Origin: Sphagnum compactum
Taxonomy: Eukaryota
Direction: 5' to 3'
Length of the DNA: 64,000 nucleotides
Assembly: GCA_965153455.1 (NCBI GenBank)
Contig: OZ234493.1
Coordinates: 31,672,213-31,736,212, forward strand
Position numbers and translations under genes: made by a program. This document shows positions 13,081-26,346 of this stretch, piece by piece (position 1 is the stretch's first letter; each line of letters opens with the position of its first letter). The notes below the pieces were generated by a model. That model made no database searches, was not told the origin of the DNA, and worked only from the letters and a program-made list of their open reading frames with translations.

Positions 13081-14617
13081 TTGCAAATAAAAGAAGTTGA
13101 ATTTCTTTCAATCGACCATGGTACAGTGTCTTTATCTCACATTGAGCCTGAGCTTTTGAGGTTCACAGATTTGTGATTTTCTCATTTTTGCTTTGTGGTG
13201 GAGTGTGAACCTGGTTTCTTCTAAATCCACAGCAGTTATTTGTTAAACTAGGCAAATGATGTGAACAGTTTAAGGTCCTTCATCCCACAAGACTTTTTGA
13301 TGATTGTACCTCCATTCAAATCCACCAACTTCTGCATGTATGCTTTAGTTATTAGCTTTCCCTTATGGTATCTTCTGCACCATTGGAATACTTGATAGTG
13401 TCCTGCAGAACAACCTTCCAACTATCTGCTGGAATTGAGTAGGGTCAGTCAATTTGGAGTCTTCTTCAGTGCCAATTCTGAATGGTTCAGGGAGAGGGGT
13501 CAGGGCAGCACTACAATTATCAACTGTGAGAGAAGGGTTGCAGTGTCATGATGTCAACTCATAAAGTTTCCTCTGTCTACAAGCAGAAGTTTTACAGCAA
13601 GCTAGTGTGTGAACCAGCCAAGATCAGTCTTTTTTGAACAAAGTTTGCAGCTCAACCTTTAGCTGTTCAATGTTTATAAGCGACTACTGCTAATGAATAG
13701 ATCATCTACATATGAGACTAATATTACAATTTTTTCATCCTTTATCACCTAATACAGCTAACACCTAAAGCTTTGTAGCCTCACCTAAATCTTAATGCCT
13801 AAATGTCAGCCCTTTTATGTCAGTTTCTATGTCAACATCATTTTGGTTGTAATACTAGAGTTATAGTCAATATCATTTTACTTCCAACCTTGCTTGCTAA
13901 AAATGTAGATCTATTTTCTTGTATGATACTTTTGTAGGTAGTCTGTCAGATTACACAGACAGTTGTTCTGTAAGAAGATTTTCATCTGGTATCTTCAGGA
14001 AACACCTTCTCTTCTTCATGTGAGTGCTCATGGCATCATTGTCTTCAATCTATCCTCTAAAGTTCTTGTTCTCAATGTTCTCCTTGTTTTTATCTGTTCC
14101 CTTCCTCTTTTTTTGGGTGTTTCCATTTCTTTCCCTTTTTCCTTTCTCTTTCTTTTTTAGGTCCTCCTTTTTATTTTGGGTTTTTGGTCTCCTCCTCTTT
14201 ATGTTTTTGTTGAGATGACCAGCATTATAGCTGAGTTTTTCCACTACTGCTGGTCTTGTGACAGAAACTTGGTTTGGTGGTTAATGCTGGACATTAATCT
14301 CAACCCATTCCTGGAGCGCAAGTTAAGTGGGTATGTTATGTTAGGTTTTTAATACCATACATGTTGCTTTTGAAGGGCCCTCAACATGCGCATGACTATT
14401 GTTGTCCAAAATGTTCCTCAATTTTGTTTGTGGTCTTATTTTCTCTTTTTTCTAAGGTTCCAGGTTTCCTCTTATTCATGCTTGCTGATCAGTTGCTGCC
14501 ACATTGTCAGATCTGAACTGTCCATAATATTATCATTGAGTCATTTATCGATTCTGCATGTTGACTTGTAAAGCACGGTAATGAATGACGGTGTGTGTTG
14601 TGACATTCACACCAAGC

Positions 14618-14912
14618 AGGGGTTTCTTTTTTTAAAAATTTGTGAGGTAGGTGGTCTGATGATCATCCACAAGAGGACTAAACCAAATTTGGCTAGAGGT
14701 CCGAGAGGAGAGTAGAAAAACCGTATGTAGAAATCCTGGTCTATTTTTGGCAACATGCTGGAACTTATTGTCTAAATATGACAATTTCAGATTTTGTTTT
14801 CCCTCAAAATCTGGTGACTTTGGGCCATTTCTCCACAAAAAATCCATTGCAGAAGTTGCACTGGCTTTTTTGTTTGGGTGCCAAGTGAAAAATCGCCAAA
14901 AAAGAAAACGTC
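14618..14912. repeat. Short non-autonomous interspersed element (MITE-like)
   Basis: Sharp-edged ~300-bp block (cagggg tttctttttt...gatcatccacaagaggactaaaccaaatttggcta...aaaatcgccaaaaaagaaaac) unlike the flanking UTR-like DNA. It resembles an abundant moss repeat from recall; not verified by search. Confidence 0.45.
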
Positions 14913-17529
14913 GAGACTGAGTATAGTAAGAGGATGACCACCAGTGGTACTAATGTGCCTGTGAATTTGTTGGGTCTATGAAGGCAGTTGACCTTAGTCT
15001 GGATGTATGTGTAGGTACATCACAGCATTCGGTGAGATCATGTTTGTCTAGGGATGCTAATACTACTACATCAAGTAAGTTTGCAGCATTACAGCTTTCA
15101 GGCTTTAAGATTTTGTCAAGTTAATTTTTTCCAAATACCAAATACTAGGGTTTAAGATTTTTCAAAGAATTGCATGGTAATTTTTATATTTTTCTTCCAA
15201 CCTTTTGTTGATTTGGTTCCACTGTAGCACTTACAAAGAGCCTTGCCTTTTGAGTTGAGTCATTGATTCTTGGCAATCAATCTTCCGCCTTCCTTCCGCT
15301 ATTAAAGAGTTCATTGTGTGCACTTGACTCGATCTTATTTGTTTAAGGGCAAAACGGGAAGGCCCCAACATTTGAGAGAGAGAGTCACTTCATGTAGATG
15401 TTCCACAAGTTGTTAAATTTGAAAGTTTTTGGCATATTAATTAACAGTTAAATTAGACCTTCTCACAGATTTTTTTTTCGAAGAGAGAACGAAAAACTTA
15501 ACTTTGAAGCTCTCCTATCCTTTTATGACTCTTCATTTTTATCATTTTTGGTGCAACCCTAAAGGAGGATTCACACATGATGGTAAGTTATTTATAACTC
15601 AACTTTAATAATGATTCTCTAAATTTTTGTAAGATTCACAAATGAAATGTTAAGCTAACATCAAATATAATGTGCTTGCTTATGTGTCTGGTAGTTAATG
15701 TTAAAAGACTGTTAAGAAAATGTTTTGTTAGGAGCATGGTAACTTAACACCAAAATCAACAAAAATAATTAGGTTTTTAATTAAAATGATAATGTTAGTA
15801 ACTTTTAAAAGGGTTCTTTAATTCAATGTTAGCATTATGAACCAAATGTTCCTTAAGCCATCTTATCTATCTTTTACTTACCTAGCTATCATCTATCCAC
15901 CTAATTATTATCCCCACCTACCCACTCATCTACTTACCTACCACCTATCCATCTACCTACATACACCCCTCTCCTTGCCCCTTCAACTTACCTTCATGCC
16001 TATCACTTATTCACTGAATTGTTCATGTGAAGCCATTTTCGACATCTACACTTCAAAACCTTTCCAACGGTATAAAAAACACTTTACCTACCCACACCTC
16101 CCCTCAACCTACCTATTTACCTATCACCAGTCGGTCAAATGATGGTTTATGACTTGTCCAAAATTGGGAGAGGAATGTTTTGGAAATGTTAGAAATTTCT
16201 AATTTTAATTTTTCTTCCAATGAGAAAATTGTCAAGGGGAAAAGAAGCCCCACATTAAATTCTTTAGAAATGTTAGCTTTCCTTTTTTAATTTCCCCTTC
16301 AATGAGAAATTTGAGTGGAACTAAGTTACAATTGCTACTAATTTCCCCATCACATGCTACAAATTTAGTACAATTGCCGTTTGATATCCCCTCCAATGTA
16401 GAGGCATAAGAGATTGGAAAAAAAAAAAATTCGATGGGCCAAAATTGTTAGGTTTTTGTTGCAACTCGTCAAAACTTTGTGAATATCCTCAAAATGTTGA
16501 AAGTGGAAGGGTTTTCACTAGGGTGTTAAATTCATCACACAAGGATCAAAAACCTAATCGTTGGGGGCACCAATCTCATGACATTGAAGCAAAGTTGACA
16601 ATCCCAAGTTACCAACTATAGAAAGGTTTGTGAAAACGTAATAAAAAGAGCCAAGGATTATCTTGACTACCAAAAACTCCTAATCCCTATGACTTTGAAA
16701 AATGACTACTTGAATTTTAAACATGAAAGGTAATGAAGTTTAATGAATAATGTTTATAATATGTATATTTATGAATTCGCATTTCCATGATTTTTGTCTA
16801 ACATGAAGACGTTTAAATAATCATAAAATGAATACAAATTAGTCGGAACTTGATGCTAATAGGGTATTTTTTTAAAATTTCAAACATGTTTAATTTTGTG
16901 TGGAACTAAACCATTTATTTTCAAAATGCATGGAAAGTCATATAGTGATGATTATGAGGGCATGTTATTGAAAAAACTTGAAATTATATGCTTTAATTTG
17001 GAAATACATAAATGTATTTTGAATGTGCTTTTGATGTCCAAAAATATGTAATTTGAAGAGTGTATACTTATTGTTTTGTAAGGAAGGGCAAGGTTGCATT
17101 TTCATGACAATTGGATGTGTTATGAAAAAAAATTCTATAGTTTACTACTATCCAATTTTGAAACTACATGGATAATTACTAAATTGCAACCTTTAAAGCA
17201 AAACTTTTGTATCATATACAAAAAATATTTTTATTATAATGGAATACATGTCATCTGTTGTTTCAAGATCAATTCACTTAAACATTGAAACACATCAAGT
17301 CAAATTATTTTTATAAGAGATATTCATATTGAAGAACACTATAAGATTAATGGATTGTTCATCAACTGATGAGAAACACATTATATAATATGTTTCCATC
17401 AAATATTGGAAGAAATTATTTGATATTTGAAAGTGACATGAGTGCTTTTGAAAAACAACATTCTAGCCTTGGGTTAGTTGGCTCCTTTTGTTGTGTTTTC
17501 ACCTAGAAAGGTCAATGGCTAAAAAAAAC

Positions 17530-18660
17530 ATCTTGAAACCTTTACATGCCAAAGTGAAATTTTGGAAACATTTGAATTCCACCTCCTTTATATGGGCTGT
17601 TTTAGCATGAATGATGTGAAACCTATATACTTCATCAATGCTCGAGTTATGAGATGCATAGTTTGTTACAATCAGGTGTCCTTGCTCAACACTCAAGATG
17701 CAAGAAATGTTTTATTATTTATTTCAAAGCAAATGGCATTATGACCATGAAAAAACATTCGTATGTTAAACATTCCATGCTTGCACATAAACTATTTGAA
17801 AAGGCGAATAACAACACAAAAGATCCACGTGTCTAATGAGTTTCTAAATAGAGGTCTAGAGTCACTCCGAACATCGTTTATGATTTCTTGGGGTTGTTGA
17901 TCCATTTGAAAATGACAAGGAATAAAAATAAGCATTTCTTCAAGATCTAGTTATCTTCATCACAAAAAGTTGTTTACCAATTCAAACTATAGAAAGCCCT
18001 TAGTTGTAGTGGATGGGGTTCTAATTATATCCTTGACTTATTTTTCCTTTTCAAAAAGTTTCAAGGAAGGAGTTTACTTGTTTGATACAAAAGACCAAGT
18101 TTTTGTATGTGTTACCTCCTGTGTTTGAATGTTTGTCTACCACAACTTTCAATCTTTGGATGTTAATGAATGCAAATGATGTCTTTGCACTTGTTGTGAA
18201 CTTTATTAATTTAGATTGGCAACCAAAGCAAATTATCATAGGATTGTTGAAGCTACCAAAACAATGAGCCAAACAATGGTAATGAAACTCCAAGCTCTCT
18301 TGGATAAGTATGATTAAACGGAAAGAAAATTTGGCATGTGTAAAGGAGAAGGGATCTAACTTAGGGAGCAATGACCATAGAACTTAAAAATATGTGGTGA
18401 ATTGTGACAATTTAAGGTTGGAGGCGCCTTTCCAACGCCCGTGCTTTGGGCATGCCATGTCAAAGACATGTCAATATGCTACAACAAACAAAAAGGTATC
18501 TATTGGACTACATGAAATGTCCATCAAATCTACCCAAACATATTTTTAAAAATACATTACATGGCCAAAGAAATCAAAGAAAGGACACCAAATATGGACA
18601 AAGGTGTATGATGTGAGATGGTGGCCATGTAAATTGAACATGCATGTGAAACAAGGTGAT
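17530..18660 (+). pseudogene. Fossil hAT-superfamily transposase (BED finger + catalytic-domain fragments)
   Basis: Broken frames give MRCIVCYN...KANGIMTMKKHSYVKH (BED-like), FLQDLVIFITKSCLPIQTIESP, TTTFNLWM..NDVFALVVNFINLDWQPKQIIIGL, KGSNLGAM and PCFGHAMSKTCQYAT (CxxH), YITWPKKSKKG. Many stops and frameshifts. Confidence 0.8.
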
Positions 18661-19389
18661 GCATCTTCATTTTTGTTTGTTTCATGAAATTAATTTCTAA
18701 GTGATTTGCTAGTTAGATTGGAAGTTGATAGGGCTTGTGTTTTCAAAATGATGAACTATCCATTTTTTTTCTTATTGCAAAGAAAAAACTTTGGCATTTG
18801 AATTTCATTATGCTAGTTAATGATCTTGAAAGCTCTACATTTCACATACTTCATACCCCAAATTTCACATGCTTAAAAGTTCATATTTTTCATACATTGT
18901 GCTTCTTGGCCCTTTTGATTTGGGCTTGCAATAGTGATAAAAGACCTAAAAACCTCAACAAAAAATAGAATTAATTTAGGTCACATGGTTTTTTGGCCAT
19001 TGGAGCAATGTTGGCAATGGTTGTTTGTTATTTCTTGACAATGCTTCAAATAAATCTGAAATTTTTGACAATTTTTGTATTATTGCAAATAAAAAGTTGT
19101 GTGGCTATTGAATATCCTAATGCAAACTATAGGTCAAGTCTCATTTGATGGCAATGGTGGGAAGTTGAAAAAGATTCATTTTTATGGTCAATGTTATTTG
19201 TTTTATTTCTCCAGACAAATATATATACACCTTCTAAGAATTATCATATTTGTCATCATATGAATTTTTCTTTCATATCTACATTATAGCCTTCTTGATT
19301 TTGGGTTAGATTGTATATATGTAAATAAATTGATTTGTTCAATGCCAAATTTGTAAATTGCAAAAATAAAAAAACATCATAAGATATTT

Positions 19390-19657
19390 GGTTTCAAGGT
19401 CATTTGTTGATGGCTCAATGAACTAGTTTTGACTCTTGAATTAAAACCCTCTCACATGTCAATCACACGTTTTTGATATTGGACCCTCAAATTGGACCCC
19501 AAGCCTTTAGACACACTCAATGTACCATAGGAAAAAGTGTTTTTTTCAATGTGAAGAATGGTCCAATTCAAGGTTGAATTTGGTCCCCAGGCTTTTGGTC
19601 CTTGGACCCTTTGTCTAAAGTGGCCCTTAGATCATCAGTTCTAAAGTGGCCCTAAAA
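19390..19657. mobile_element. Fragment of the MITE family seen at 45564-45992
   Basis: Ends in gtctaaagtggccctta (repeated as ctaaagtggccctaa), approximately the reverse complement of ttagggcgactttagac at 45561. Shares ccaa(g)gcctttagaca. Confidence 0.5.
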
Positions 19658-20068
19658 CCTGTTTTATACAAGGGTTTGGTCTCTTATTTTTTAGAAATTG
19701 AAAATGAAGTTGATTATTCAATATTTAGTATTTTCTGACTGGGTTAAACCTGTTGTTAGTTTGAGAAAAAAAATTCAAAAAGAAATTTTTTAATAAAATT
19801 TTGGTGGTGGGGTGGTGGCTGCCGGTCGGAGTTGCATTAGGCATGTTGTTCTTACTTTGGAACATGTCTCAAGTATTTTGAATATACACTGTATATGGGG
19901 TTTAGGCATGTAGTCAATGTAGGTGGAATTTCACATTTTTATTTGTGATAGGATTTAATAGTACTATTAAGAATAAATTTTCAGTTTTGGATTATGTGTA
20001 GTTAAGTAGGACTGAATTCAATTTGGATCCAGACCTGCCTAAGATTTAAAAGAACCAGGAATGAGTTT

Positions 20069-20095
20069 GGGGGGGGGGGGGGGGGGGGGGGGGGG
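20069..20095 (+). repeat. Poly-G tract (27 G)
   Basis: Directly visible; it produces the spurious poly-Pro ORFs in the track. Confidence 0.9.
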
Positions 20096-23000
20096 TCTTG
20101 AAATGTGAAAAATTGGGTTGGGACCCAGACTGAAGGTTCTATCAAAAATTTTAAAATCCATAAAGGGTTCTTTCCAAATAATAAATAAATAAATAAATAA
20201 ATAAACAAGGGGCTTGTCACACTGTGACCTTGCCATTTGCATTCAAAAGTATGTTAAGGCAAAAGACGAATTATTATGGAAACTCAAATATTTCACCATG
20301 CAAAAATATATAATCTTCAAAAAATCCTCTAAAAGAAACCAAAATCCTTCAAGACATTATAACTCTATTATAACTAATCTTAAGTTTCAACACAAGCCAA
20401 AATATGATCTTTCAAAAAACCTCATATAAAAATAGACCAGGCTATTTATTACCTTGGGGCCAAAATCCCTTAAGCTGATATATACTCTATAATGAATCTA
20501 AACACAATACCCTTGCCTTTCCCTTGTAGGCAAAGCCAATCAAGTTGAAAGGGGACTGGAGGTTGGTTCTCTTGAAAGAGAGAGAACTGGCCAACACTGG
20601 TATGAACTTGTTAGAAGGGGGCAGGGCAGCAGAGTCGTCATTGCCTCATGAGGCGCTTCTTTTGGATAGATAACCTTCACACCACGTGAAGAAGGAGAGA
20701 GACTAGGGATCCATGTAGTTTTTCATTTGGTCCCACATTATATATACAAGCCTTGGTGGCTGACTTGCATGGGAGGAGGAATGAGCCGCTCGTTTGTTTG
20801 TTTGGATAGCCTTCACTCCACGTGTGGGAGAGACTGGGGATCAATGTATAGTTCTCAATTTTAGGTCTTATTTTAACTGTTTCTGGTTTGAAGTTTGAAC
20901 TTGCCATAAAAAGGGGCAGTGATTTCCGCAATGAGCCACGGCTTTCACTCCATGTGTGGGTTCTGGAATCAAAATGAGGGACACATTAAGATTATCTGTA
21001 AAGTCACCCTGTCTTTGGGCCTTCTTTCACCCATTATTCCCTCTTTCACTGGGCATCTGCAAAGTAAAGAAGAATTCATTAAATCGCAACACGAAACGCT
21101 AAAACTCAGCATCTAATGCAAAAGATTCAAGAATTTTTTTAAATCGCAACATAAAATGCTAAAGCTCAGCATCTTGTGCACAAGATTCGAGAGTAATTAT
21201 AGTAGCTATACAGGTTGGAGTGGTGTAAAAAATAAAATGTAGTAGCAGTGGAGGAGGCGTTCAGGAAAAAGGAAAGACAGGATGAAACTCAATTTACCAC
21301 CAATATTAGTCAGTCAGTCATGTAAATTAATGACTGACTGACTAATACTGTAGGCTAAGGTTTGATAATGACATCCCTTGTTGTACAATCATTCTCTTTT
21401 GAATAGAACAATGTCAACACGCAATGTGTGACCTAGTCATCATGATTGGGGATATGGGTTTTGCTCGGAAGAGACATGAAAGTCAACTCTTTAAACAGTA
21501 TTACAAAAGAAAAACATGATCACTTCTTGAATTCATTCATGGGTCCACAATGTAAGATTCAGGGAGATGACACGCCAAAGAAAACATAGATCTGTATATG
21601 GTAGAAAGGTCGATTGCACACACCTTCTGATAACCAAGGACCGAGGATTGGGAAGACAAGTTTCAATGAAAACACGAATGAGTGACCGAACTGAGTGTGC
21701 ATGTGGCAGAATCGGTCACTCATTGCCCATATTCCCTGGCTTTTAAGTGTCAGGATCTAGAAGCAGAATCAGCACTACTGTGGAATCAGTGTCAGTTCTG
21801 CCTCTCAATGAGGCAGAAGGGGTGAGGGGAAACCTCACTAGAAGAGCAGATGAGGAATTACTAAAACTAGGAGCCTGGGGAGGGAACCCTTATATAGCCT
21901 AAGAAAAACATGGAAAGTAGGCAGGAGCACCTATGTCCAGGAAAGACAACAGGAACCCATTAGAACTGGGAAGCAAATGCATCATGTACAGGAAAAATCA
22001 AGAGAAGCAGAAGCAACATTGCAACAACCTGAGAACGCTAGCAATAGAGAGAGAGATCACAGGCAGTGGTACTTGGAAATTGGCAATGTAAAGAAAGAAC
22101 ACTGACACAAAGGGGAGAGGAAGAAAACATAATCTTCACCTCCTTGCTTAAATTTGAGTTAGTTGCATACTGCATAACATGCAAAACATTGCTAAGTCCC
22201 AACAGTGAAGAATGGTCTGATAGATCATCTGAGAATTCAAGGGTTTTAACTCAAGAGTTCGCCTTCTGAGGTGGGCCTTTGTGCAGACTTTGTCTTGTTG
22301 ACATAAGTTGGTCAAATCTTGTAAAGGGTGTTTGCTCCTCCCATACCTGCAAGCTTTTCATCCAATCCAAGGAAGCACCCAGGACAAGACATTAACACAA
22401 TCACAAATACAAAGATTGTTTTCACACATTCCACAATAAGCCAAGAAGAACAAAAGAATGGACCCACACGAATAATGAAAAGACAACTGTTTCACCTGCT
22501 TTAGACAATGATTTTTGTGCATGAAGACAGAGAGTAGAACTAAAAGCCTTGTATAAGACATGTCCCAGAAGACATGCAGGAAGTTACAGAAATAAGCGAC
22601 AACCCTGCAAACCATAGTTCTGTTGTACTAACACTCACCTTAGTCATGGTGATGCAGTGATTCAAGCACAGCCAGGAAAGATTGCAGGTGATAAGATGCA
22701 CAACTAAACAAAACTCGAGAGTTTTATATGTGCTACATATTCCATATAGAGGGCTTATGATTTCCATTCCACAGCTTATGGCCAACTGCATCTGTGATCA
22801 GGAAGCCAATGAATCAGTATGCTGAAAACGAAAATCAACCATGAGTGCAGACACTTGGAGTTCAATGCATTCCAAGTCCATCAGTGTTAATTCACTGAAG
22901 AAAACTGCTACTACTTGACAAACCTTCAGAACAAACAATCAAGAAAATGAATTCACAAGTAAATCTCAGTGCAAAATTACATAGGATGATGATGATGAAG

Positions 23001-23455
23001 AAGAAGCTTACACAAACATGATGAACCATGATGAACCTCCAACCTCATGGCAGATTGTGGATTTGTGCTTCAAACTCTGAAACCCATTCTACTTCCACAA
23101 AGCATCAGCGCTTTGAAGAATGAACAATCTGCAGCTTATTGCAAGAATTGAGAGAACTGTGCGAATTTGCACCTGGATAAAGAAACTCTGCCTACTATTG
23201 GATCCACTCTGAACAAAACTAGAAATGCTCACATGGACTACAGAAATCTGCTACTCAAGAGTAGCAGATGCAAACTGGAAATGTTCAAGAGGACTCTGCT
23301 GCATTTGGGCTGACACCCACACCAGAGAAGTGTTTCTGTATCAAACTACAAAACATTAAACACTGTTTACAAGATGACAAAAGCTTGACAGACAAAACAC
23401 CACAAATCACAGACAGCCCCTCATGGGTGGGGTGTCTGTCTGATGAGAGATCAGA

Positions 23456-24595
23456 TCAGACTGTAGCATCAAAAGAGGGTTCGAAAATAGTCCAAGAATG
23501 GCCAAGCCTGGAAGGAGCAGGCAACCAATGCCAAGAATTTTCCTGCATATTGTAAGCTACAACTCGATCAATGACATCGTCAGATATGTAGAGAAACCCA
23601 TTTCTTCCGACGCAACAAAAATCCTCAAAGCTGATCTTCTTACGAAGCTCTTTCACCATAGGCTTTGGCAGCCTTAGGGTTTCAATCCACTCTCCCTTCT
23701 TCCTATCAAGCTCCCAGATACCAATGCTCTTGGGTGCTGGATAGCAGTTCATGCGCCACAACAGTTTATCCGTGCCCCCTACAAGAAGCAAGCTGCCGTT
23801 CCTTTCCACCAGATGAGGCCCAACTACACCTGCAGGTATTCGCCATCTCGTCTTGCTCCAGACTCCTGTACGCAGGTTGAATCCCACGGCAAAGTAGTAT
23901 CCTCTGAACCCTAGCCAATAGATCCATCCGTTGCATAGCACACCGGCTTTCGCAGCGAAGTCTGAACAACAAAACCTTCGCGGAAGCTGGCTTTTTGTCG
24001 TCCAGCTGCCTACGGCAGAATCGTAAAACCTTGTGGTTCGATCTCGATGTCGCGACAGATTACTCGCCATAACGATCTGGTAACTGTTTGTGCTAGCGTT
24101 GTGCACCATAGCTGTGTATGTTGGCTCAACTCCAAAAGCTTCAGGTAGGAGACTTACTGCATTGAAGAGCCTCCGCAAGGGATTCACAACGTATAATGCC
24201 TTGGCAACCGCTCCAATCCCTGAGAGCTTCACCAGAAGCAAGCCGCCAGCCGATGCCACAAGCTCGAATGATCCTTTATTCCGATCCAAGCAAATACACG
24301 GCAAATCGAACCACCTGTTCATCGCAGGATCGTAGGCGGGAAACGAAACGCATTCCGTATTGCAAGAACTCGGTCCTCTGGAGAGGAACCATGGATGCAG
24401 ATTCGTCGTGCTGATCTTCCTCCGAAGCTCCAGGAATTTCCGTGAGCCGATCCAAGCATTCCATGACTTGCAAACGCATCGCATGCGCAAGAGACTCCCT
24501 ACTGGTACATGGAGCAACATCTTCTCCAGTAGCTCCTTGGGAAGCTGACTCCATATCCCTGGATTCATCGTGGATTCGATGCAACAGAACGACAT
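23456..24595 (-). CDS. F-box protein with C-terminal kelch/F-box-associated beta-propeller, intronless, 379 aa
   Basis: N-terminal F-box WSQLPKELLEKMLLHVPVGSLLRMRCVCKSWN, followed by AYDPAMNRW, LVASAGGLLLV, VVNPL, YDSAVGSW, GVLCNGWIYWL, HLVERNGSLLLVGG, IGIWEL and terminal FEPSF, typical of plant F-box/kelch proteins. Confidence 0.93.
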   Translation of the reverse strand: MSFCCIESTMNPGIWSQLPKELLEKMLLHVPVGSLLRMRCVCKSWNAWIGSRKFLELRRKISTTNLHPWFLSRGPSSCNTECVSFPAYDPAMNRWFDLPCICLDRNKGSFELVASAGGLLLVKLSGIGAVAKALYVVNPLRRLFNAVSLLPEAFGVEPTYTAMVHNASTNSYQIVMASNLSRHRDRTTRFYDSAVGSWTTKSQLPRRFCCSDFAAKAGVLCNGWIYWLGFRGYYFAVGFNLRTGVWSKTRWRIPAGVVGPHLVERNGSLLLVGGTDKLLWRMNCYPAPKSIGIWELDRKKGEWIETLRLPKPMVKELRKKISFEDFCCVGRNGFLYISDDVIDRVVAYNMQENSWHWLPAPSRLGHSWTIFEPSFDATV

Positions 24596-25275
24596 CTTGC
24601 AAGCAAATCATCAGAGAAAAAAATGTGACCTCGTATTCTAGACCGAAACTTTCCAGAGGAAAGTTTCACTAGCCTTCTTCAAGACAAAGAGCAAGCCAGG
24701 TCGACCGCACAAACCAAAATTTTTAAAAACCAAAAAAAAAAACAAAAAAAAACAAGAAAAACTCCAATCCAAACAGAACTCTAGCTATTAAAACAACAGG
24801 AAATTCCAGATGTGAGAGCCTGCCATCGTTCTGCGGCGAGACAAATCAGAATTCCCAGGAACACTAGAAAAAAGAAGAAAAAACATATTCAGCTCCATGA
24901 GCTTTGCCAAACCAAAGCGCAGAGATTTTTCTGAAACAGAGAAAGAAAGAAGAGTCCCCTTAAGAGTTTACGAAATAATCTAATATAATTCCCGTGTATT
25001 GTGGCTGTACATCGAAAGGCGACGCAGATGCGCAGCATATCCAAACACACACACACCGCGAGCGACAGAAGAGCTCCCCTTGTGTATGCGAGAGAAGAGC
25101 GAAAGGAGAGAGACGACGGGTCACCCGGTATCTCCTCGGTCCCTCCCTCTCATTCACCGGGTGCGAGACTCTCGCCCCTTCGATGGTTGGCGGCCTGGAT
25201 CGTCCCCACGTACTCCTAACTACGTCCACATGGCACAGTTACCGTCGTGGTTAGGTCACACCGCGGTAAGTTAAC

Positions 25276-25655
25276 CAGTGTTGGGCGGGTGCCTGGTTTG
25301 AGGGTCAGTTCTGGTTCCAGTTCCAGTTAGTAAACATCAGATCGGAGGTTTGGAACCAGGTTCCAGAAACGGAATACCAACTGGACCTGGAACCGGTTCC
25401 GGTTCTATTGAATGTGTGTGCAACCGGAACTGGGATTTTCCGAATAAAGAAGTTTTCTGGAAGAAAAAGATGAGAAGGTTAACTGGAGGTTTAACTCTCG
25501 GTTAGCTGCTGGTCTGGGTTACCTGGAACTGGACCAGAACCAGGTCTCATTTCTAGAACCAAAATCAGAACCGGAACTGGAAATTGGTCTGTTGGAAGAA
25601 CCGGAACGAGAACCGGATTTCCAGTTCCATTAGGGTTTGGAACTGGAACTCAAAG
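25276..25655. repeat. Interspersed repeat rich in GGAAC(C/T)GG / CCGGTTCC motifs upstream of the F-box gene
   Basis: Dense recurrence of ggaacc, ggttcc, aaccggaac, ggaactgg in both orientations. Confidence 0.55.
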
Positions 25656-26346
25656 CAGTCTACTAAAACCCATCCCCACTTCCTTAACTTTCCCATCCAA
25701 AACAGTTATCGTTATTTACTTTCTCATCCAAAACAAACGTTCGTGTTTGTTGTTTTGATGATGAACTTTTTACAAAGTCGTAGCCAACAATTTGTTCTAG
25801 TAAAAAAGTAAATGTACCTTTTTTAAAGGAAAAAAGTAAATTCTGAGTCCGGTGTTAATCTAAACGAAAGTTATACTTAGGAACTTAATTTTAACTACCC
25901 GTCCTTTCTCCGGGTGAGCCATTGGACCTCCCAAATTGTTTGCTTGCCTGGCTTACTACGTAAGCCCGGGCCATTTTCTTGGACGGGATCTCATCCACAT
26001 CCACCACAGCTGACTCAGCACGTGCATCATCCCCAAGGCTTTTACGTATCAGATCTGTAACCGACTTTGGTGGATTTTGGATGAGGAATGGGACCCACCA
26101 CTTGGGTGGATTTGGATGAGGAATGGGACCCACTACTAAAAATTGGAAGCTTTCCAATTTTAGCAGGCCCACTAGTTTTTTAGTTGGTACTGAGATCCGG
26201 TTATATACGGGTATCTACCATCTACATGTATCTACCCTCTACTTAGCTAATTTCTCCAATTTCGGTGATGCAGAGAAGCAATTGCAAAATGGTTATTGGA
26301 ATTTGAGGCTGAAATGCACATGTAGCCTGAGTCGGTGAAGTGTTGA

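Noticed and set aside
13065-13974. Alternative PP2AA C-terminus via cag|gttatg to an acceptor at 13938
   Set aside because: The unspliced end already gives the expected family length; there is no evidence without RNA data.
21715-21740. Partial resemblance to miR408 (…TTCCCTGGC)
   Set aside because: Only the 3' 9 nt match and there is no matching star arm.
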